The position numbers and the translations under genes were made by a program. Shown one piece after another: positions 23,820-32,904 of a stretch of DNA of 64,000 bases (its first letter is position 1; every line of letters starts with the position of its first letter). Below the pieces are notes generated by a model. The model saw only the letters and a program-made list of their open reading frames with translations. It was not told the origin of the DNA and did no database searches. The stretch lies in assembly GCA_025558095.1 (NCBI GenBank), contig JAIVFI010000019.1, positions 496,001 through 560,000 on the forward strand, written 5' to 3'. The DNA is from Hyaloraphidium curvatum SAG 235-1 (Eukaryota > Fungi > Monoblepharomycota).

Positions 23820-26663
23820 ATGCCCGCGTACGTCGAGGAGCTGCCGCGATACGGGCGCTCCTCGCGACGACCGGCGCGCCGCGGGTGGGACGCGTGGCTC
23901 GGGCTCGGCGGCAAGGCCAAGGAGGACGACGCGGTGCGCGGCGGCGGGTGGCGGTGGATCGTTGTCGTTTGCGTGGTGCTCGCGCTGGTGTGGCTGGCGG
24001 GAGGGTTCGAGCGGCGCCCGCCCGCCGAGGTTGCGACGGACCGTGCGGAAGGCGGCGGCGGGAAGGGCGGGCTGCAGGGCGCGGGGGTCGGGGCGCCCGC
24101 GGCCGGCGACGAGGTCCCGCTGGCAGCGTCCCCGCCGGAAGCCGAAGCGGACGTCGTCGTCGAGAGAGTGGGACGCGGATCCCGGCACGCAGAGGGCGCG
24201 CAGGACGGCCCCGCGAAGGTGCCCGACGAGGCAGAGGCCGTGCCGCGCGACGCCCGCGGACAAAAGGACGACCCGCGCGAGGACGGCGACGAGGCCGGCA
24301 GGGAGCCGCCGCCCGCCGACGCCCCGGACGCGGACAGCGAGCCGGTCGTGGTGCGCCAGCCGGAGCCGCTCGGCGAGGAGCCGGCGGACGAGGAACCCCC
24401 GATCGAGCAGCCCGCGAAGCCCGAACCCCCCCCGGCGGACCGCACCGACCCCGGCGACCCCACCCCCGACTCCCCCGACCCGCCGCAACCACCGGACAGC
24501 GCGCACGCCAAGCCCCGCCCCCCCGCCGCGCAGGACCGCCCCGTGCCCCCCGCCCCGCCCCAATTCTACGCCTCCGAACCGACCTCCTCGGGCCCGTACC
24601 TCTACACCGGCCCTCCAAACCCGCACCGCATCGCGCTGGCGCCCACCCGCGCGATCCCCGAGGATAAGGAGGGCGCCGACGCCGTGCGGCGGATGGTCAG
24701 GCGCGCGTGGAAGGGGTACTGGGACCTCTGCGTCGCGCCCCACCTGGTCAAGCCCAACGGGACGGCGAGGCCGGTGCCGCTCCGGGAGGTGGTCGCGGCG
24801 TCGCGGCTGCAGGCGGCCGCGAGGGAGTACGACGAGGCGAGGCCGGCGATCGGACGGTGCCACGACTGGGCGCCGCTGCCGGCCAACCAGGACGACGGGG
24901 ACGGCGGGGTCGAGGGCGGCTCGGGGAGCGCGGAGCGGCGGCCCAGGCTGCGGACAAACTCGATGGCGCTCACGGCGGTGGATTCCTTGTCGACGCTCTT
25001 TTTGCTCGGACTCAAGGCCGAGTACGCGCAGGCCCTGGCCATGGTGCTCTCGTGGGACTTTGCCGTGGACCACCCCGTCTCGGTTTTCGAGACCACCATC
25101 CGCGTTCTGGGCGGCCTGCTCTCCGCATGGGCACTCACGGGCGACCGCGAGCTCGTGGAGCAGGCCGAGGGCGTCGGCAAAAAACTGTTAGGCGCGTTCG
25201 GGTGGCAGGAAAGCTGGGAGACCCGCGACAAATGGGACTGGCAGCTGCCCCTGGGCACGGTGAACCTCCGCACGGGGCAGGGGTCGGCGCACAACGATCT
25301 GGGACCGCACCAGGTCCGCATCGCGGAGCTGGGCACGCTGCAGCTCGAGTTCGACCTGCTCGCGGACGCGCTGCCCGAGCACCGTGCGGCGCCGTACCGC
25401 TCCCTCGTCACATTCATCAACAGGCAGATCAGGCTGCTCGAGACGCGGCTGGCTGTCCCGGGGTTGTGGCCCAAGCGGCTCCGGCGGACCGTGGTTTCGG
25501 GCCCCGGGCGCCCGGGCGAGCTCATGGAGCACTCGTACTCGGTGGGCGGCGAGGTGGACAGCTTCTACGAGTACCTGCTCAAGATGTGGGTCGCGGGGGG
25601 CGGCGCCGCCCCCGGGCGGAGGGTGGAGCCGGACGTGGCGCCCGCGGACGACCTGGAGGAGCCCGCGGAGCCGACGGGGGTCGGCGCGCGGGACTGGGCG
25701 CGCAGGATGTGGGACCGCTCCGCGGCGGCGATGCAGAGGCTGATGCTCGCGCGGGTGGTGCCGCACAACCGGACCGCCGCCGCGCGGCCGGCGCCGTACC
25801 GCCCCGCCGGGCACGAGGGGGCGATGGAGCCGCCCGAGTTCCACGCGTTCTTCTTCCCCTCGTCGGCGCAGGGCGCCAGGGGGCAGGTGATGGAGCACCT
25901 CGCGTGCTTCGCGCCGGGCATGTTCGCGCTGGGCGCCGCCACGTGGCCGTACCCCGACGGCGGCGCCAGGGGGGAGATGTGGGACTGGGCGGTGGATTCC
26001 GCCGACACGTGCTTCCGGTCCTACTGGGACTCGCCCACGGGGTTGGGGTGCGAGGCGGTGTCGGTCCGCGAGACGCCGATGCGGCCCATGGGGGGCGCGT
26101 ACTACCTGCTCAGGCCCGAGGTGCTCGAGAGCGTGTACTACCTGCACCGCCTGTCGGGCGGCGCCGACGGGCGGTACAGGCGGTGGGCCCGCTTCGCGGT
26201 CGCGGCGCTCGAGGCGCACGCGGCGGTGCCCTCGGGCGGGTACACCGGGCTGCAGGACGTGGCAAGGGACCCGGCGCACGGGGTGTCCAGGACCGAGACG
26301 CAGGAGACCTTCTTCCTCGCCGAGACGCTCAAGTACCTCTGGCTGACGTTCGCCAGCTCGGACGCGCTGGATCTCTCGGAGTGGGTGTTCAACACCGAGG
26401 CGCACCCGCTGCCCGTCCGGGGCGGGCGCAGGTGGGCGGAGCTGATGGGCGGCGTCGGGGCGGCGGGCAAGGCGGGCACGGCGCGGGAGGTGGGGGCCAA
26501 GATCGGGGCGCGCAAGGGGGCCAGGAAGAGGCCGGGGGTTAGGGAGGAGAGGGGGCGCAAGGAGCGGGCGAGGGAGAGGCTGGCGAAGCTCGGGAAGGGG
26601 AAGGGGAAGATGGGCAAGGCCAAGGCGCGCAAGGCGATGCGGGCCCAGGCGAGGAACGGGTGA
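23820..26663 (+). CDS. GH47 alpha-1,2-mannosidase, type II membrane
   Basis: N-terminal TM and acidic/Pro-rich stem. Motifs DSLSTL, SVFETTIRVLGGLLSA, AELGTLQLEF, DSFYEYLLK, HLACF, LRPEVLES, ETFFLAETLKYL and VFNTEAHP. Confidence 0.93.
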   Translation: MPAYVEELPRYGRSSRRPARRGWDAWLGLGGKAKEDDAVRGGGWRWIVVVCVVLALVWLAGGFERRPPAEVATDRAEGGGGKGGLQGAGVGAPAAGDEVPLAASPPEAEADVVVERVGRGSRHAEGAQDGPAKVPDEAEAVPRDARGQKDDPREDGDEAGREPPPADAPDADSEPVVVRQPEPLGEEPADEEPPIEQPAKPEPPPADRTDPGDPTPDSPDPPQPPDSAHAKPRPPAAQDRPVPPAPPQFYASEPTSSGPYLYTGPPNPHRIALAPTRAIPEDKEGADAVRRMVRRAWKGYWDLCVAPHLVKPNGTARPVPLREVVAASRLQAAAREYDEARPAIGRCHDWAPLPANQDDGDGGVEGGSGSAERRPRLRTNSMALTAVDSLSTLFLLGLKAEYAQALAMVLSWDFAVDHPVSVFETTIRVLGGLLSAWALTGDRELVEQAEGVGKKLLGAFGWQESWETRDKWDWQLPLGTVNLRTGQGSAHNDLGPHQVRIAELGTLQLEFDLLADALPEHRAAPYRSLVTFINRQIRLLETRLAVPGLWPKRLRRTVVSGPGRPGELMEHSYSVGGEVDSFYEYLLKMWVAGGGAAPGRRVEPDVAPADDLEEPAEPTGVGARDWARRMWDRSAAAMQRLMLARVVPHNRTAAARPAPYRPAGHEGAMEPPEFHAFFFPSSAQGARGQVMEHLACFAPGMFALGAATWPYPDGGARGEMWDWAVDSADTCFRSYWDSPTGLGCEAVSVRETPMRPMGGAYYLLRPEVLESVYYLHRLSGGADGRYRRWARFAVAALEAHAAVPSGGYTGLQDVARDPAHGVSRTETQETFFLAETLKYLWLTFASSDALDLSEWVFNTEAHPLPVRGGRRWAELMGGVGAAGKAGTAREVGAKIGARKGARKRPGVREERGRKERARERLAKLGKGKGKMGKAKARKAMRAQARNG

Positions 26664-26831
26664 TTGTAGGCGGGGGAATGCTGTGAGAATGGAAGTCGAT
26701 TTGTCGAACGCGGATGGGGGACGTGTGTTTTGCCACAGCGAATGAATGGGCCGCGAGAAGCCCGTGGTTCGGCTTCCACATCGACCGCCAGCTGTCGCCC
26801 ACATCCGCCTTCCCCCTCCGCCCTTCCGCCG

Positions 26832-28723
26832 ATGGACGCACCGGCAGCCGGCGGCGATGGCGGGGACGGCATGAGGTCCGACGGGTTCTCCGCGCTCGCG
26901 GGCGGCGGGGCGGGGGCGGGTGACGCGGGCGAGCTGCCGACGCCGGTTGCGACGCCGCACCTCCCGGCGGACCCGGCGCTGCTGGACGCCGCGGCGGTGC
27001 TCACGCGTGTCCGGAGCGATGCGGCGGCGGCGGGCGGCTTCCCTCTGCAGGTGTCCGAGGCGGCGGAGGCGCCGGCGGGCGGCGTCCGCGGAGGCGTCGT
27101 GCGCGCCTTTCCGGTCGACCGGCGGCACTCGGCGCCGCAGCACATCGGCACGCTGGAAGAGAACGGCCGGCGTGCGCTGCAGTTTGCCCAGCAGAGCGCC
27201 GCGAGGGAGCGCCTCCGCCAGGCCGCAGCCAACGCGCAGGCCGTCGCCCTGGTCGAACGCATCGCGCACACGCACGCAGATGCCGTGAGGGCGGAGCTGG
27301 AGGACCGCATCGCCGGGCTCGAAGTGCAGCTGCTGTCGGCCAAGCAGCAGGCCAACAAGGGCCCCGCGCCGGGAAAGGCGCTGGAGCGCCGCGTCAAGGC
27401 CTGCGAGGCGTCGATCGCCGAGCACGCAGCCCACCTCCTCGGCGCCTCGGCGTTCGCGGGCACGGCGACGGACAACATTGCCCGCCTCGGACGGGCCGTC
27501 GAGGCCGCGGTGCAGCTGATGGCGGTCATGGACGACCGCATCCGGGAGGCCCACTCGGCCGCGGCCGAGGCCGTGTCGTGCACCCAGTCTCTCGCGGCCG
27601 AGCTCGCCCAGGCCAAGTTCGACATTGCCGCCGCCAACGCCCGCACGGGGTCGCTGGCGCTGCAGCTCGATAGCGCCAAGGTCGAGCTCGCGGAAGCCCT
27701 GCGTGACGCCGCGGCGGCGCGGGCAGCGGCCGCCGAGGCCCGCACCGCGGCCGACGGCCTCCGATCGGCGGCCGAGACCGCGCTTTACAAGGCCCGCGCG
27801 GCAGCTGACTACAGCGAGGCCGCATCGGCGGGCGCCTCCGCCGCCCAGGCGGACGCGGCGGCGGCCCGGCTTGCGTCGGGCAAGGAGGCGCAGAAGGAGG
27901 CGCTCGCGGGGCTGCTTGCCGGGTTCCCGACCAAGGAGGATCTGGCGGCGCTCGAGCGGCGGATGCTCTCGCGGGTGCGGCCCAAGGCGCTCAGGAGGGA
28001 GATCACGGAGCTCAGGGAGAGGCAGGAGGCGTTGGCGGCTGCGGCCGGACAAGGGAATAAGATCGGTGGGAACGCCGGAGACGAGGGCGCAGGAGGGCAT
28101 GCGGGCGTTCTGGAGAAGGTGTCTGCAGTGTCGGCGCCGATGGCGGCCGCGGAGGCCGACGTGGTTGTGCACAAGGCGGGTGATCGGACCAACGGCATCT
28201 ACCATGGCGGCTTCGCGGGCGGGAGCGCGATCGCTCCCGTTCATGCCAACGGAATCATCGACAACGGCGCAGATCTGGACGAAGTCATCGAGCCGGTGGG
28301 TGCCGCCTTGGCCCCGTCGCTCCGAACGCGCGACGACTCAAGGAACGTGGCGCCCACAGATCCCCGACCTCCCCTCCTCGCACCCGATTCCCCTCCTCCG
28401 CTCCCGCCTCAGCCTGGCCCACGTGCACCACCCGCACTCCCTTGGGCCCGCGCCGGGCAAGCGCGCCCGCAGCGCCGATCTGCCCTCCCCTTCGACCTCG
28501 ATCGCCCCATCCTCGCTGTTCCGCGCACCCGACGCCTCCACCACGTAAGTCGCCTTCCGATCCCCGACGCCCGCGCACGTTGACCTTGCCCGTCCATGCA
28601 AGACGCCCCCGCGGCGTGCCCCTCCGCAGCACCCGCAACCCGCACCCGATATACCGGCGCGACGAGCACCCTACGAGGGAGGTCGGGGCGCTGAAGAGGA
28701 GGAAGGTGGCGGAGGACGCTTGA
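26832..28723 (+). CDS. Hypothetical Ala-rich coiled-coil protein
   Basis: Long ORF with heptad character. A probable terminal intron starts at the GTAAGT near 28545. Both ends are uncertain. Confidence 0.5.
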
Positions 28724-28927
28724 TCGGCGGGCGGGCGGTGGGTGGACGGGCTGCGCGGGATCGTGAGGCGGGGGACCGGAAGTGGGCGGACGGAAGCACA
28801 CACGATCTACCGCGTCGATGGGTTCGTCCGGCTCTCATCGGCGCATGTGGCCGCGTCACCGTCCTCCCGCGCGGAGCCATCAGGCCGTGCACGCGAACCG
28901 CACCCAGTTCCGCTTCTCCACCGCCGA

Positions 28928-29380
28928 TCACGCGGTCCAGCACGCGCAGAACCCCTGCCCCATGGCGAAGTTGAGGTGCCCACCCCGGCAGGCAGAACGC
29001 GTAGCACTGCTCGGGGTCGTTGGCGGGCCCGGCGGAGCCCGTGTACGCGTCGGGGGTGCCGGAGCAGGATTGGTCGGGGGTGCCGGAGGTGCAGGGGATG
29101 CCGGCGGCGTAGCGGCGGTACAGATGGCCCGGGTCGGCGTAGCGGACGCAAGTGACGCCGGAGGGGGATGGGCCGTACTCGCTGCCGGGCAGACGGGGCG
29201 TCACTCGCTGCGCGGAGGACGGCACGGCACCACGACACGGTATCGCACCGCAGGCTCGCGGGTGGTGTTGCGGAGGTAGTCGAGGGCGACGGGAGGGAGG
29301 TTCGAGGCGGCGTGCACAGGGAGCGCGACGGCGAGGAGGACCAGCGCGGCGGCGCCGGCGAGGAAACGGAGGGAGTTCAT
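28928..29380 (-). pseudogene. Small secreted Cys-rich protein with WSC/PAN-like C-terminus; 1-nt frameshift
   Basis: Signal peptide MNSLRFLAGAAALVLLAVALPVHA and an intron. The sequence ...EQCYAFCLPGW continues one base out of frame as HLNFAMGQGFCACWTA*. Confidence 0.5.
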
Positions 29381-29572
29381 GGTTGGCTTGCGAAGGCTCG
29401 AGATCCGATGTTGGCTACTAGCCACTCGGTGCAGGTGTTCTGCGTTTAGTCGGGCGAGCGATTTGGCTTTCGCGGGTTGTCTCTTGGCGGCTCGCCCAAA
29501 GGACACTCAGTTCAAAAGGGACGACCGAGTTAGCCATTATGGCACGCCAAGAGCGACAGATTACTGGCCCGG

Positions 29573-30637
29573 ATGAGGCAGAAGCTTTCAGCACGTGACA
29601 AACCTCTGTTGTTTTCCGCACTTAATTTGTGCAGGTGGACACCGCTGCTTGACGAAGTTCGGAGGGATTACCCGGTGCTGACGCAAGCACCCTTCGGACG
29701 GACCCTCGAAGCTCAAGGACTTGGGATCTGCACACGAAATATGCACGGATCAAAAGAGCATGCACATAAAGTGGATCTATGGAAAGTCTTGGCGCGCACT
29801 GTTGGTATTCGTCTCGACGTATCTACGCCGAGATGCGCACGTGTACGACAGCTTCTGCTAGCACTCCAGGCCGCGAACCCCCTGCGCCCAACAGACATCT
29901 TGCCAGCTTTGTTGCGGTCCTCAGTGACGTTGATATGCGAGTTGCGAAAGCGCCATTGGCGAGCACACGCCGCCACCACCCGGCGCGTGCGCGCGCGCGA
30001 TCTGAAGCATGGGAAGCTGGACTTTTGGCGCTGGCTACAGCTGGAGGACTCGGAGTGGATCTTTGGCCGGCACCCGGTGCTGGATCTCGTGCATCGTACA
30101 CAGCGGACAGCGATGCTGCGGCTCCTCACGAGCACTCATTGCCTCCGCGCGGAGACTGGCCGGCGCGAACGCAACCTCGACGGCTCCGCGGTGCCGCGCT
30201 ACCAGCGGGTGTGCAATTGTGGATGGAGGATTGGTGGCACGGATGAGCATGCCGTGGATGACGAGCTGCACTGCTCTTCGAGTGCACGCACGTGGATGCT
30301 TCGCGGGCGGTGCTCGTCGACCGCCTAGCGACGGTTGGGCGCACTTGGACGCCCGCCTTGTTCAAGACGACGTGGCAGGACCCTTCGACAATGCTGGAGG
30401 ATGAGCGCCTGCCCCCCCGGACTCGGAAATGGGTAGCGTCCTTCGTGGCTTCGGCCTTGAAGGTGCGCGAGAAGAAGACCGATCCGGAGCTCTGAAACGC
30501 CAAGCGGCGATGGCGAAATGGATTTGACGGAAAGGAATTGACGGCGGACACAGCGCTTTGGCGCGATAACCTAGTGGCATCGATCTACCTCGTGTATTGC
30601 GACGCCGACGGAAAATACCAGACCAGACCAGACCAGA
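29573..30637 (+). mobile_element. 5'-truncated non-LTR retrotransposon (LINE) 3' end with CCHC-type domain and (ACCAG)n tail
   Basis: RLLTSTHCLRAETGR...RVCNC...DDELH(x)LFEC matches the LINE ORF2 C-terminal motif RxxxHxLxxExGR...C..C...EDExHxLxxC. Frameshift at about 30275; lower GC than the flanking genes; (ACCAG)4 at 30617-30636. Confidence 0.75.
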
Positions 30638-30688
30638 TCGGGACCTCTCAAAAGCTGGTACCAGGATTACGGCCTCTTTTTGAGTGCC

Positions 30689-31216
30689 ATGGAAGGCGAG
30701 GAAGCGCCCTCACGAGAGGAGATCGTGGCTCTCTACGACCCGAACGACGATTCCGGGCGCGTGGTCGGATCCGCCCCCCGCAGCCGCGTCCGGAAGGAGA
30801 ACCTCCCCCACGCCGCGACCGCCATCTTCGTTCGCCGCCCGACGGGCGAATTCCTCGTGCACCGGCGGGCGGACACTAAAGACCTGTGGCCGGGGAGGCA
30901 CGATTGCGCCGCCGGGGGCGTGGTCTCGTTCGGCGAGGATCCGGACGCGGGGGCGGTGCGGGAACTTTTGGAGGAGGTCGGGATCACGGGGGCGAAGCCA
31001 GTGCCGCTTGGGAGGATGTGGTTCCGCGATATGGACGCGTGCTACCTGGGATTCATCTTCGAGGTGGTTTGGGACGGGCCCGTGTCGCACCCGGACGGCG
31101 AGGTGGCCGAGTCGTGGTGGATGGGCCCGGACGAGCTCAGGACGAAGCTGGCCGATCCTTCGTGGCCATTCGTGCCCGATACCCGGTTTTTCCTCGCGGC
31201 GTTGAAGCTGCCGTAG
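30689..31216 (+). CDS. NUDIX hydrolase (YfcD/IPP-isomerase-like), intronless
   Basis: HAATAIFV, VHRRADTKDLWPG and Nudix box GGVVSFGEDPDAGAVRELLEEVGI; C-terminal WPFVPD. Confidence 0.88.
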   Translation: MEGEEAPSREEIVALYDPNDDSGRVVGSAPRSRVRKENLPHAATAIFVRRPTGEFLVHRRADTKDLWPGRHDCAAGGVVSFGEDPDAGAVRELLEEVGITGAKPVPLGRMWFRDMDACYLGFIFEVVWDGPVSHPDGEVAESWWMGPDELRTKLADPSWPFVPDTRFFLAALKLP

Positions 31217-31510
31217 CCTTACAGCGTGTAGCCACGGGCCTGAATGGTGTCCGTCCTCGAGTCAACAGGGCTGCGGGTGACATCCGACACTTCGGTTGCT
31301 TCGGTCCCGCATGGAATCCGTCCTCCTGATCCCTTCTCCGAGCCAGTCAGCAGTCATCAACCTTCAACTTTGGCTCTCCCGGAGCTTCGACCCTCATGGT
31401 GCACGACGCGAAGCGAGTAGCATCGCTTTGTTTACGGGACACCCTTCACCAATCAGTCTGGACCTGCTCTGCTATCGCAGGCGCTGGTCGCCCCGTGTAC
31501 GCTCACGAAG

Positions 31511-32062
31511 ATGACGGACAAGGTGGTCGTCGTCCCGTACGACCCGGCATGGCCCGTACGCTTCGCGGAGGTGCGCGAGCGCCTTGCTGCCGCGCTCACC
31601 GGTGTCGAGATTCTCGGGATTGAACACGTGGGAAGCACCTCGGTGCCGGGCCTCGCCGCGAAGCCAGTGCTGGACATCGACATCATCGACATCGTCGTCG
31701 AGCGGACCCGCGTCGGCGCCGCGACGGCTGCTCTGGCGGCCGCGGGCTACGAGCCCCGCGGCGAAATGGGCATCGCGGACCGGTTCGCGTTCCGTGCCCC
31801 GCCCGGCGAGGTGCTCCAAAACACGTACGTCGTGGTCGACGGCAGCCTCGCCCTGCGGGATCACCGCGCGCTGCGCGACACCCTGCGCGCTCACGACGAT
31901 CTGCGCGACGCGTATGCTGCAGTCAAATTACAGATGGCCCAGAAGACGGGCGACATCAACGAGTACGTCGAGGGCAAGACGCCGATCATCCTCGAAATCC
32001 TCCGGCGGGCCGGCATCGCCGAAGAGGAGCTCGACAAGCTCAGGAGGATAAATACGAGGTAA
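31511..32062 (+). CDS. GrpB-family nucleotidyltransferase-fold protein, intronless
   Basis: VVPYDPAWP, IEHVGSTSVPGLAAKPVLDIDI, LRDTLR...YAAVK and YVEGK. Confidence 0.9.
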   Translation: MTDKVVVVPYDPAWPVRFAEVRERLAAALTGVEILGIEHVGSTSVPGLAAKPVLDIDIIDIVVERTRVGAATAALAAAGYEPRGEMGIADRFAFRAPPGEVLQNTYVVVDGSLALRDHRALRDTLRAHDDLRDAYAAVKLQMAQKTGDINEYVEGKTPIILEILRRAGIAEEELDKLRRINTR

Positions 32063-32131
32063 AGATCCCGCGCGGATGCCGGAGCTTTGGCAAAAGAGCG
32101 AAATGTCGTCCTCAATCGAACGAACACCGTG

Positions 32132-32818
32132 CTAGCTGGCTGCGATCCAGAACCGTCCGTCGGAGTTGGGCTCGATCGAAACCTGCCTGAGGTCCGCGAC
32201 GTGCACGGTCGGCCCCTGCGCGGCAGCTCTTGCACCCACGCCGACTACCACCATGCCCCCATTCTTCCCTGCCGTGATGCCGGGCCCCGAATCCTCAAAG
32301 ATGACGCATTCACTTGGTGGGATACCCAGCTCCGACGCCGCCAGCAGGAACCCTTCCGGATCGGGCTTGCTCTTCCCCACGCGCTCAGCGGTCACCCTGA
32401 CATCGGGCATCGCGAGTCCCGCGGCACCCATCCTAGCAGATGCCAGCTTCAAGTCTGCGGAGGTGACCAGCGCGTGCGGGACGTGCAGTCTCCGTAGGGC
32501 CTCCAGCAGTTCGGGCGCCCCAGGAACGGCGACCACGCCCTCGACGTCCACCGATTCCCGTGCCAAGAACTCCGCGTTTTCCCGAACGTTGTCCTCTTCC
32601 GGTCGATCGGGCAGCAGCTCGCGCATCGTCGACCCCGCCGGGCGGCCGTGCGCGACGCGGAGGACGACCGCGGCGTCCATGCCGTGTTCCTCCGCCCACA
32701 GCCTCCACGTCCGCTCAACGACCGCGTCCGAGTCGACGAGGGTGCCGTCCATGTCCAGCAGCACCGCGCGGAACGGGCCGATGCGGGCGACGGACGAGAG
32801 ATTCGCCGCGGCAGGCAT
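32132..32818 (-). CDS. HAD-IA sugar phosphatase (YfbT/HxpA-like), intronless
   Basis: LLDMDGTLVDS, AHGR, ALVTSA, KPDPEGF and FEDSGPGI. Confidence 0.9.
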   Translation of the reverse strand: MPAAANLSSVARIGPFRAVLLDMDGTLVDSDAVVERTWRLWAEEHGMDAAVVLRVAHGRPAGSTMRELLPDRPEEDNVRENAEFLARESVDVEGVVAVPGAPELLEALRRLHVPHALVTSADLKLASARMGAAGLAMPDVRVTAERVGKSKPDPEGFLLAASELGIPPSECVIFEDSGPGITAGKNGGMVVVGVGARAAAQGPTVHVADLRQVSIEPNSDGRFWIAAS

Positions 32819-32904
32819 GGCGAACCAGCCGTGTCGACTGCCGTTATGATCAACTGAACTCCGAATCCGATCTTCGCACGCGGGCCCGGTGTATTCCGCA
32901 GAAG

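Noticed and set aside
25188-28244. 1018-aa and other long antisense or alternative-frame ORFs
   Set aside because: Shadow ORFs of high-GC coding sequence: Arg/Gly/Pro-rich with no motifs.
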